From Accumulibacter sp. (GTDB lineage Bacteria > Pseudomonadota > Gammaproteobacteria > Burkholderiales > Rhodocyclaceae): a stretch of DNA of 40,059 nucleotides. Below, one piece after another: positions 19,751 through 27,832 of this stretch (positions within the stretch are counted from its first letter, which is position 1; every line of letters begins with the position of its first letter). Made by a program: the position numbers and the translations under genes. A model generated the notes under the pieces. It had not been told where the DNA came from. It did not search any database and saw only the letters and a list, made by a program, of their open reading frames with translations. The DNA is taken from the NCBI GenBank assembly GCA_031264825.1, contig JAISDL010000035.1, positions 1-40,059 of the forward strand, read 5' to 3'.

Positions 19751-21271
19751 CGCGGCGCCCGGAGCGGGCGCATTGCCGCCCACTCCGTTCGTTTCGCCGC
19801 CGCTTGGGGCGTTCTGCGTCGGCGCCGCCAAAGCGTCTCCCGCGCGCTCCGCGACCCACTCGACGAGCGCGTCTATCACCGGCCCTCCCGCGCCCGACCG
19901 TGGGTCGTTGATGATGCAGACGAGCACCCAGCGCTTGCCGCGCGCATCCAGAACGTAACCGGCGACGCTACGCACGCCTTCGAGCGAACCCGTCTTCAGG
20001 TGCGCGCGCCCGTAGGCGGGCGAATCGCGAAGTCGCCTGCGTAGCGTCCCGTCGACGCCCGCGACGGGCAGCGACGAAACGAGTTCCGGCATCACGGGGC
20101 TTTTCCAGACGTCGAGCAGAAGCCGCCGCAATTCGTCGGCGGAGACCCTCTCGTTGCGCGAAAGCCCCGACCCGTTTTCGATGACGAGCGTGGGCATCTC
20201 GATTTTTTTCCGTCCCAGCCATTCGCGCACGCGCTGCACGGCACCCGAAGTCGTCGCGGGCCTCGGCGAGAGCGTCAGAAAAACCTGACGCGCCATCACG
20301 TTATTGCTGTATTTGTTGAGGTCGTTGAGGACGTCGGAAAGCGGCGGAGACAGGTGAACGGCGATTTGCTTCGCGTCGGCGGGCGGCGTGCCCACGCGCA
20401 TCGCGCCCCGCCATTTTCCGCCGAGTTCCTGCCACAGGGCGCGAAAGAGACGCATGAACTGCTCGTTCGCCTGCCACGGGGCGAGGAAGAGGAGCTTGTC
20501 GCCGCAACTCGCCGGATAGTTCCCGTCGAGTGTGACTTGGCTTCCCTTGGCGCTGACCTTGAACTTCTCGCGCCAGTCGCCGCAAACGCCCCGGACGGCT
20601 TTCAGCCGGTTGTCGATCGCAAGGTCGTGGTAAGGCGTTTCGACGAAAACCCGGACGCCCTCTTCTTCCTCGTCGTAATGCAGCGTGAGCGTCAGGCTCT
20701 GGAAATTGACGAGCAAGGCGTTCGGCCCGACGTTGTAGGTTCGTAGCGGCTTGTGGTCGAACGAAGCCGGATTATGCGGCGCTGTCGCGTACGCGCCGCG
20801 GTCGAGGACGATATTGCCGCGGATTTCTTTCAGCCCGCGCGAGCGGAGCTGGCGAAGCAGGAGCCAGAACTGTTCGAGCGCGAGTCTGGGGTCGCCGCTC
20901 CCGCGAAAGTAAAGGTTTCCGGAAAGGACGCCGTCGACGATGGGCGCGTCGGAAAGCACCGTGGTCTTCCACACGAAGGCGGGGCCGAGCAGGTCGAGCG
21001 CCGCGTAGGAAGTCACGAGCTTCATCACCGACGCCGGATTCATCGCGCGGGAGGCGTTGTGAAATATCACCGGTACCGCGTCGTCGACTCCCTGGACGAC
21101 GATGGAAACGTTGTCGGCGGAAATCCCCGCCGCGTTCAGCGCGGCGCCGACCGCGACGGGCGGCGACGTGTCGGCGCGCGAGACCGGGGAAAGCGTCCAA
21201 AGAAAAACGGCGAGTCCGACGAGGCGCAGAACGCCCGATACTTTCAATAAAATGATATTGTCACGTTTCAT
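19745..21271 (-). CDS. dacB: D-alanyl-D-alanine carboxypeptidase/endopeptidase PBP4
   Basis: Motifs NPASVMK (SxxK), GSGDP, SNN, ENGSGLSR, LPVAGVDGT, KTG. Signal-like N-terminus; start codon approximate. Confidence 0.92.
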   Translation of the reverse strand: MKRDNIILLKVSGVLRLVGLAVFLWTLSPVSRADTSPPVAVGAALNAAGISADNVSIVVQGVDDAVPVIFHNASRAMNPASVMKLVTSYAALDLLGPAFVWKTTVLSDAPIVDGVLSGNLYFRGSGDPRLALEQFWLLLRQLRSRGLKEIRGNIVLDRGAYATAPHNPASFDHKPLRTYNVGPNALLVNFQSLTLTLHYDEEEEGVRVFVETPYHDLAIDNRLKAVRGVCGDWREKFKVSAKGSQVTLDGNYPASCGDKLLFLAPWQANEQFMRLFRALWQELGGKWRGAMRVGTPPADAKQIAVHLSPPLSDVLNDLNKYSNNVMARQVFLTLSPRPATTSGAVQRVREWLGRKKIEMPTLVIENGSGLSRNERVSADELRRLLLDVWKSPVMPELVSSLPVAGVDGTLRRRLRDSPAYGRAHLKTGSLEGVRSVAGYVLDARGKRWVLVCIINDPRSGAGGPVIDALVEWVAERAGDALAAPTQNAPSGGETNGVGGNAPAPGAAL

Positions 21272-21409
21272 GGAATAATTGGGCTTGCCGCCGGGAAATC
21301 CCGTCTTTTCGGAAAATCTTTCAAAGAATTCGGCGGTCAAACGCGGTTGTAAGTTAAAGTGGAAATATAATACCCCGGAAGCTCCACTGAAAACTCCCTG
21401 GAGGGGGAA

Positions 21410-23050
21410 ATGACCGATCGCGGAATAAGGCTCAAAACGAAAATCACTTTGCTGATGCTGGTCGTTTCGGCGGTGCTGGCGGCCTTGGTTTTTTTTCTGG
21501 CCACCGGGTTCAGCCAGCACCGGATCGACGAGCGCAGGGAAATCGCAAGCGCGGCCATCGAGAGTATCTATTCCACGATGATGACCTATCAGGCGCGCGT
21601 GAACGCGTCCGAACTGACGCTCGATCAGGCACAGAAAGCCGTCGTCGAATTGCTCCAGGAATTTCGCTACGCGAGCGGCGGCACTTTCCAGTCCGCGTAT
21701 GCGCTGACGCTCGACGGCGTCGGTGTCTATTACTCGTCGGGCGACTATGCAGGGCAGGATGTACTGGGCAAATTCAAGGACGCGCAGGGAAATTCGCTTC
21801 CCGCCGCCTTTATCGGCGCGGCGCGGGACAATCCGGCCGGCGCCTACGTGGACAATGAGATCTCGCCTTCGGGCGGTGCGCGCACCGTCGAGCAGACCAA
21901 CTACGTCAGGCTTTTCAGACCGTGGTCCTGGGTGATCGGGACGCGTGTGCATGCCGAGGACGTCGACGTGGACTTCCGCGTTCATCTGACCTACGGCTTG
22001 AGCGCGGTCGCCGTCTTCGGCGTTCTGTTGCTGCTTTTCGGTTTCGCCCTGTCGAACAGCGTGACCCGCCAGATCGGCAGCGACCCTACCGAAGCGATCG
22101 ACCAGCTCTCGCGCATCGCGTCGGGCGACCTGACGGGCGAAATTCCCGCGGAATCGAAAGGGAGCCTGCTCGCGCTGGCGAGCGAGATGGTCCTCTCGCA
22201 AAGGAAGCTCCTGGAACACCTCGGTCGAAGCGCGACGATGCTGACGCAGGCCGCCGCTTACATCAACACGGTTTCGCGCGAGATCACCGTCGTCAACGAG
22301 CGCCAGTCGAACGTCACCTCGACGACGTCGGCGACGGTCGACAAGATGATGGGCAACATCAACCATCTTTCCGACAACATCCGCGACATTCAGAAAAACA
22401 CGCTGGCGTCGATCAAGCTCACCGACGACAATTCCGGGCAGATCCAGGCCGCGAACCGCGAAATCGACGAAATCACGTCGAGCGTCCAGAAGGTCTCGGC
22501 GCGCATTCGCAATCTGGGCGACTCGGCGGCGCAGATCGCGCGTCTCGTCGACGTCATCAAGGACATCGCGGGGCAGACGAGTCTGCTCGCGCTGAACGCG
22601 TCGATCGAAGCCGCGCGCGCCGGCGAACAGGGCCGGGGTTTCGCCGTCGTCGCCGGCGAAGTCAGGAAGCTGGCGGACCGCGCGTCTCAGACTTCGGACG
22701 AAATCGATAAAATGATCGGCTCGATCCGGACGAATTCCGGCCAGGTCGTCGAAATCATCGACGGGACGCTACCGCAGCTTTTGACGGGAACGCAGGTCGC
22801 GCGGATCGCGTTTGAAACGCTGAACCGGGTCAGGGAAAACGCGCAGACGACGCTCGAACGCATGCTCGGCATCGCCGACTCGACGCGCGAGCAGAACCTT
22901 GCGAGCGACAGCGCGAGCCACATGCTCGGCGAGATCAACATGCTCGTCAGTCAAGCGGGTTCCGTGATCAAGTCGGCGGAAGAAACGGCGGCGGAATTCG
23001 AAAGAGCCTCGGTCGACGTAAACGCCTTGCTCGGGCGCTTCCGACTCTGA
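21410..23050 (+). CDS. Methyl-accepting chemotaxis protein with sCache_2-like sensor domain
   Basis: Two TM segments flank a periplasmic domain (AQKA...FRY...KDAQG...PWSWVIGT), followed by HAMP and the signalling motif [37 protein letters not shown]. Confidence 0.93.
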   Translation: MTDRGIRLKTKITLLMLVVSAVLAALVFFLATGFSQHRIDERREIASAAIESIYSTMMTYQARVNASELTLDQAQKAVVELLQEFRYASGGTFQSAYALTLDGVGVYYSSGDYAGQDVLGKFKDAQGNSLPAAFIGAARDNPAGAYVDNEISPSGGARTVEQTNYVRLFRPWSWVIGTRVHAEDVDVDFRVHLTYGLSAVAVFGVLLLLFGFALSNSVTRQIGSDPTEAIDQLSRIASGDLTGEIPAESKGSLLALASEMVLSQRKLLEHLGRSATMLTQAAAYINTVSREITVVNERQSNVTSTTSATVDKMMGNINHLSDNIRDIQKNTLASIKLTDDNSGQIQAANREIDEITSSVQKVSARIRNLGDSAAQIARLVDVIKDIAGQTSLLALNASIEAARAGEQGRGFAVVAGEVRKLADRASQTSDEIDKMIGSIRTNSGQVVEIIDGTLPQLLTGTQVARIAFETLNRVRENAQTTLERMLGIADSTREQNLASDSASHMLGEINMLVSQAGSVIKSAEETAAEFERASVDVNALLGRFRL

Positions 23051-23131
23051 CTTCTGATTCCTCATCCGGATCCGCCTCTCCGACTTACGCGGCTCGTCTT
23101 CTCGGGTACGAACGGTCAGAAAGCGGAATCA
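23047..23131. repeat. Composite degenerate repeat between convergent genes
   Basis: CTGACTTCTGATTCC heptamer remnant plus GCGGCTCGTCTTCTCGG...GGAATCA, which matches the right half of the element at 1815-1856. Confidence 0.6.
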
Positions 23132-23767
23132 GGAAGCGATGAACCCGAATTTCCGCAAAGCGTCCCCGATGCGATCGGCCATCTGCCGATACCCCTGCGC
23201 GTTCGGATGGATCTGGTCGGAGCGTAGCTCCTTGTCGGAGAGCACGTCCGAAAAAACGCTGTCGATCAGCCAGAGGTTCGATTCCTTGGCAAGCTCGGCG
23301 TAGATCGGCGAGTCCGACAAGCGCTGGACCAGCGCGTTGAGCAGGGACAATTCGGGGACGGCGACGAGGACGACCGGCGTTTCGGCGTTATGTCGCCGGA
23401 TCCGCAAAACGATCTGGCGCAGATTCTCCTTGACGGTTTTCGGCGGACGCCGGTTCAGAAAATCGTTGCCGCCGATCTCGATGATGACCAGTTCCGGCTC
23501 GTGCTGATCCATCAGCGCGGCGATACGCTGGAGTCCCGTTTCGGTCGTGTCGCCCGAAATGCCGGCGTTGACGATGTCCCACCGGGTACGCCGCGCAAGC
23601 AGGCTCGGCCAGTCCTCGCCGCGCGCCGCGCCCACGCCGTAAGTGACGCTGTCGCCGAAGGCAAGCACGGTCGCCCCCTGCGAAAGCGGCGCGTGCGGCT
23701 TCTTGCGACCGCAGGCGCCCATCAGGGCGGCGAGTAATATGAATTGGATGAAATTCCGACGTTGCAT
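23129..23767 (-). CDS. SGNH/GDSL arylesterase (TesA-like) lipoprotein
   Basis: Motifs AFGDSVT, NAGISGDTT, IGGNDF, DQIHPN. N-terminal RRNF and lipobox-like MGAC. Confidence 0.9.
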   Translation of the reverse strand: MQRRNFIQFILLAALMGACGRKKPHAPLSQGATVLAFGDSVTYGVGAARGEDWPSLLARRTRWDIVNAGISGDTTETGLQRIAALMDQHEPELVIIEIGGNDFLNRRPPKTVKENLRQIVLRIRRHNAETPVVLVAVPELSLLNALVQRLSDSPIYAELAKESNLWLIDSVFSDVLSDKELRSDQIHPNAQGYRQMADRIGDALRKFGFIAS

Positions 23768-23908
23768 AGGGCGGGGTACTCAAAAAGACGATCTTGTTAT
23801 TTTGAAAGGCGCCGTGAGTAGCGTATCGCGGCGCGAACGATTTACCGGTGAGAATACACAGCTTTGGGGGTCTGTGCAATCGTCGCGCGCGGTCGGCTGG
23901 AAATGGAG

Positions 23909-25156
23909 CTACTCCGCTCTCGGCGTGATTCGACGCGCCGCGCGCTGGGCACGCTCGCGCGCCTCTTCGACGTTTGCGCCCGTCGAGACGACGACGCCCA
24001 TCCGGCGCTTCACAAAGCTTTCGGGCTTGCCGAAAAGGCGCAGGTCGGTTCCGGGAACGGCGAGCGCTTCGGCCGCGCCCTCGAAGACGATCCCTTTTGC
24101 CTTGATACCTCCGTAGATGACCGCCGAAGCGCCCGGCGTCCGCAGCGAAACGTCGACGGGCAGCCCCAGAATCGCGCGCGCGTGAAGCTCGAATTCCGAA
24201 AGCCGCTGCGACGCGAGCGTCACGAGCCCGGTGTCGTGCGGTCGGGGACTGACTTCCGAAAACCAGACCCGGTCGCCCTTCACAAAAAGTTCGACGCCGA
24301 AAATGCCGCGACCGCCGAGGTTTCCGGTAATCGTCCGCGCGATCGACCGCGCCTTGGCGAGCGCGGCTTCGCTCATCTTCTGCGGCTGCCACGATTCGAC
24401 GTAATCGCCGTTGATTTGCACGTGGCCGACCGGTTCGCAGAAAAAAGTCTCGATTTCGCCGCTCACGCCGACCGCGCGCACCGTCAACAAAGTGATCTCG
24501 TAATCGAAATCGACGAACCCCTCGACGATGACGCGGTTTTTGTTGACGCGCCCGCCCTCGATCGCGTAATCCCACGCGCGCGCGACGTCTTCCGGTCCGC
24601 GCAATACCGACTGACCCTTCCCGGACGACGACATCGTCGGCTTGACGAGGCAGGGGTAGCCGATTCCGCCGTCGATCGCGGCGCGCACTTCTTCGAGCGA
24701 AGCCGCAAAAGCGTAGGGCGAAGTCGGCAGACCGAGTTCCTCCGAAGCCAGACGGCGAATGCTTTCACGGTTCATCGTCAAGCGCGTCGCGCGCGCGGTC
24801 GGAATGACTTCGGAAATCCCTTCGTCCTCGATTTCCTGCAAAACCTCGGTTGCGATCGCCTCTATTTCGGGAACGACGAGGCGCGGCCTCTCCTTTTCGA
24901 TCAGCGCGCGCAACGCGGGACCGTCGGTCATCGTGACGACGTGCGCGCGGTGCGCCGTCTGCATTCCGGGAGCATTCGCGTAACGGTCGACAGCGATCGT
25001 TTCGACGCCGAGGCGTTGCAGCGCGATAACCACTTCCTTGCCGAGTTCGCCCGCGCCGAGGAGCATCACACGCACCGCGGACGGGGTAAGCGGCGTTCCA
25101 AGGGCGGCGGCGGGCAGGCGGGCGGGGCGATTCGTTCGGTCGGGCACGGCGTTCAT
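23909..25156 (-). CDS. purT: Formate-dependent phosphoribosylglycinamide formyltransferase
   Basis: Motifs [64 protein letters not shown]. Confidence 0.97.
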   Translation of the reverse strand: MNAVPDRTNRPARLPAAALGTPLTPSAVRVMLLGAGELGKEVVIALQRLGVETIAVDRYANAPGMQTAHRAHVVTMTDGPALRALIEKERPRLVVPEIEAIATEVLQEIEDEGISEVIPTARATRLTMNRESIRRLASEELGLPTSPYAFAASLEEVRAAIDGGIGYPCLVKPTMSSSGKGQSVLRGPEDVARAWDYAIEGGRVNKNRVIVEGFVDFDYEITLLTVRAVGVSGEIETFFCEPVGHVQINGDYVESWQPQKMSEAALAKARSIARTITGNLGGRGIFGVELFVKGDRVWFSEVSPRPHDTGLVTLASQRLSEFELHARAILGLPVDVSLRTPGASAVIYGGIKAKGIVFEGAAEALAVPGTDLRLFGKPESFVKRRMGVVVSTGANVEEARERAQRAARRITPRAE

Positions 25157-25159
25157 CGA

Positions 25160-25293
25160 AAACTTTCCTCAGGTTGGAAACCTCCTCTTGCTTCTCTGCG
25201 CCCTGACCGTGAAGTGGGACATCCCATTCAGGGTTGGGGACGCGGGGCGTGGATTGCAAGAACTCAGGGAGGCGGACTCCCGGAATTTTACCA
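25160..25293 (-). promoter_or_regulatory. Extended -10 promoter plus structured purT leader (candidate cis-regulatory RNA)
   Basis: TGgTAAAAT at 25285-25293 (minus). Nested helices at 25181-85/25268-72, 25186-91/25256-61 and 25201-06/25228-33; a short hairpin overlaps the GAGGA RBS. Confidence 0.45.
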
Positions 25294-25443
25294 GCGACCC
25301 CGCTCCAAAAGCATGCGCGCGCGTCGGCGAGCCGCCGAAAAAACGCGGGGAATACGCCGGGAACACGCGCAAAACGCGCGCGTTCCGCGTTTGTGCGGAC
25401 AAGCCTTTTACGAAGCTCCCCGCTTGCCGATATAATCCCATCC

Positions 25444-26841
25444 GTGCAACTCAAATCCTCCTCCGGAACTTCCACGCTTCTTTCCGTCTGGCAGCGTCTT
25501 GCCGGACGCACGCCGCCTTTGTCCGACCGACTCTGCGGCATTCCGGTGATGGCGACCCACGTCAGGACGCTTCGCGGTCCGGCTGAATTCGCAAAAACCC
25601 TGATCGAGCGCATTTTGGGCGCACAGCGCCGCATCTTCGTCTCGGCGCTCTACCTGGAGAACGACGAGGCGGGCAGAGAAGTGCTCGACGCGATTTACGC
25701 GGCCCGCGACGCGCGCCCGGAGATCGAAATCGCCGTCTTCGTCGACTGGCACCGCGCGCAGCGCGGCCTGATCGGCAAAGCGCCCTCGCAAGGAAACGCC
25801 GCGCTGTACAAAGCCCGTGCGCTCGAACGCGGACCGGGCGTCCCGATATACGGCGTGCCCGTCCAGAAAAGCGAACTGATGGGCATTTTGCACCTCAAGG
25901 GAATCGTCATAGACGACGACGTCTTCTACAGCGGCGCCAGCCTCAACAACGTTTATCTGCACTGGAAAGAAAACTACCGGCTCGACCGCTACCACCTGAT
26001 CCGCAGTCCGGCGCTCGCCGACGCGATGGCGGGCCTGATGAACGGCGTCCTGCGCGCCAATTCGGCCGTACATCCGCTCGACACGCCGAAAACGCCCGTC
26101 ACGGTCGAGATTCGCCGAAAGATCGTCCGTTTCCGCCGCCTTCTCGGAGCGGCGCGCTACGCCTTTGAGAAAGCGGGTTTACGGCCCGGACACGTCTACA
26201 TCACCCCCCTGCTCGGCATCGGTATCCGCCGCAACGAACTCAACGCGACGATCCTCAACCTGATCCGCCAGGTGGAACGGCATCTGGTCCTTTTCACCCC
26301 CTACTTCAACCTGCCGGGGCCGATACGCCGAGCGATCTCCCGAAAAATTCAGGACGGTTGCCGCGTCACGATCGTTCTCGGCGACAAGACCGCCAACGAC
26401 TTCTACATTCCCCCGGACCAGCCCTTCAAGGCAATCGGCGCGATCCCCTACCTTTACGAAGCCAACCTGCGCCGCTTTTGCAAAACCTACCAGAAGGTCA
26501 TGGACTCCGGGCAGTTGAACATCCACGTCTGGCGGCACGGCGAAAACACGTTCCACGTCAAGGGAATGCTCGTCGACGAAAACTTCATGCTGCTCACAGG
26601 GCACAACCTCAACCCCCGCGCGTGGCGGCTCGACCTGGAAAACGCCCTCCTGATCCACGACCCGCAGCAACTGCTCACCGCGCAGAACCGGGCCGAACTC
26701 AAGCAAATCACGACGCACGCGAAACGCATCGAGCATTACGAAGAAATCGAGACGACCGACGCTTACCCGCCGCCGGTCCAGCGCCTGATCCGTCGCCTCG
26801 CGCGCGTTCGGATCGACCGGTTGTTGAACCAGATACTCTGA
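25444..26841 (+). CDS. pssA: CDP-diacylglycerol-serine O-phosphatidyltransferase, type I (PLD superfamily)
   Basis: Motifs ALYLENDE, VDWHRAQRGLIG, two HKD motifs (HLKGIVID, HVKGMLVD), YSGASLNNVY, GDKTANDFYIP, NPRAWRLDLEN. Start uncertain (GTG 25444 or ATG 25549). Confidence 0.9.
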   Translation: MQLKSSSGTSTLLSVWQRLAGRTPPLSDRLCGIPVMATHVRTLRGPAEFAKTLIERILGAQRRIFVSALYLENDEAGREVLDAIYAARDARPEIEIAVFVDWHRAQRGLIGKAPSQGNAALYKARALERGPGVPIYGVPVQKSELMGILHLKGIVIDDDVFYSGASLNNVYLHWKENYRLDRYHLIRSPALADAMAGLMNGVLRANSAVHPLDTPKTPVTVEIRRKIVRFRRLLGAARYAFEKAGLRPGHVYITPLLGIGIRRNELNATILNLIRQVERHLVLFTPYFNLPGPIRRAISRKIQDGCRVTIVLGDKTANDFYIPPDQPFKAIGAIPYLYEANLRRFCKTYQKVMDSGQLNIHVWRHGENTFHVKGMLVDENFMLLTGHNLNPRAWRLDLENALLIHDPQQLLTAQNRAELKQITTHAKRIEHYEEIETTDAYPPPVQRLIRRLARVRIDRLLNQIL

Positions 26842-26843
26842 AC

Positions 26844-26939
26844 GTCAGGTATCAGGAATCAGATCAGTGACCGGCGGCTTCGCCGCCGGAGAAAGAGCTT
26901 TGAAACACCGATCGGTTTTCATCTGATCCCTGATCTCTG
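26844..26939. repeat. Inverted heptamer-repeat element with an internal GC hairpin
   Basis: TCAGGTA-TCAGGAA-TCAGA arm, CCGGCGGC-TTC-GCCGCCGG hairpin (26871-26889) and TCTGATCCCTGATCTCTG arm. 26911-26933 matches the reverse complement of 39914-39936 at 22/23. Confidence 0.8.
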
Positions 26940-26947
26940 GCGGCACG

Positions 26948-27523
26948 CTAAAACCCGAAGCGCTTTCCGACGCCGGCGAGCGTCAGCACGCCGAGCACCG
27001 CGAAAATCCCGGCGGCGACGGCATGAACGACGCGCGTCGGAATCCGGTGCGCGAGCCGGTCGCCGAGAAGTACCGCGGGTACGTTGGCGATCATCATCCC
27101 CAGCGTCGTCCCTGCGACGACCGCCACGAGCGCGTGATACTGCGCCGCGAGCGCGACGGTGGCGATCTGCGTCTTGTCACCGATCTCGGCGATGAAGAAC
27201 GCGACCAGCGTCGTGGTGAAAACGCCGTACCCGGCGATCTTCGCCTCGCCCTCGTCGAATTTATCGGGGACCAGCGTCCAGGCGGCCATGCCGATGAAAG
27301 AGACGCCGAGCACCCAGCGCATCGTTTCCGGCGGCGCGACCGAAGTGATCCACGCACCGACCGCCCCGGCGAACGCGTGATTCGCCAGCGTCGCGACGAG
27401 GATGCCGAGGATGATCGGTACGGGTTTTCGAAATTTTGCGGCGAGGATAAACGCGAGGAGTTGGGTTTTGTCGCCGATTTCGGCGAGCGTCACGATCCCT
27501 GCGGAGATCAAAAAAGCTTCCAT
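26948..27523 (-). CDS. TMEM165/GDT1 (UPF0016) Mn2+/Ca2+ transporter
   Basis: Two EIGDKTQ motifs in a hydrophobic 191-aa protein, downstream of a yybP-ykoY riboswitch. Confidence 0.95.
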   Translation of the reverse strand: MEAFLISAGIVTLAEIGDKTQLLAFILAAKFRKPVPIILGILVATLANHAFAGAVGAWITSVAPPETMRWVLGVSFIGMAAWTLVPDKFDEGEAKIAGYGVFTTTLVAFFIAEIGDKTQIATVALAAQYHALVAVVAGTTLGMMIANVPAVLLGDRLAHRIPTRVVHAVAAGIFAVLGVLTLAGVGKRFGF

Positions 27524-27551
27524 ATCATTCCCTGTGCCGGACAAAGACGAA

Positions 27552-27590
27552 TGACCTCGCATCCCCTCCGGCGAAAGGGATGCGAGGTCA
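27552..27590 (-). promoter_or_regulatory. Expression-platform hairpin of the Mn riboswitch
   Basis: Perfect stem TGACCTCGCATCCC...GGGATGCGAGGTCA overlaps the 3' strand of aptamer P1. Confidence 0.7.
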
Positions 27591-27690
27591 AAGGTCTTGC
27601 CAGGCACGGGAACCGCCTGCGCCATGACCCACGGGCCAAGTATGTTGACGCAAGCCTTCTCTTTGCGAGGAGCGGCTACTCCCCAGTGAC
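27587..27690 (-). ncRNA. yybP-ykoY manganese riboswitch
   Basis: Minus strand reads GTCACTGGGGAGTAGC...CGTCAACATACTTG...CATGGCG...GGCAAGACCTTTGAC. TATAAT at 27699-27704 lies just upstream, and the downstream gene is a UPF0016 transporter. Confidence 0.92.
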
Positions 27691-27832
27691 GGGCGCGAAT
27701 TATACCGAAGCGCGGATTTTTTGCAATGGCTTCAGTAGGCTTTCGGTGGGCAGTGTCGTCGCTCGTCTTTTTTCCGCGCCGCCGATACGATAGAATCGTG
27801 TGAACCGACCCATTTACGCTGTTTGGATAAAC

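Noticed and set aside
21347-21371. Sigma28 or full sigma70 promoter for the MCP
   Set aside because: TAAAGT lacks a downstream GCCGATAA, and the TTGTAA-TATAAT spacing is only 13 bp. Only the -10 box is plausible.
19745-22366. 873-aa ORF suggesting an extended DacB
   Set aside because: The upstream part is antisense to the MCP gene. DacB homology and the signal peptide start near 21271.
25160-25290. ZMP/ZTP, PRPP, SRP or tRNA identity for the purT leader
   Set aside because: The diagnostic conserved strings and a cloverleaf are not present, so it is kept only as an unclassified candidate.
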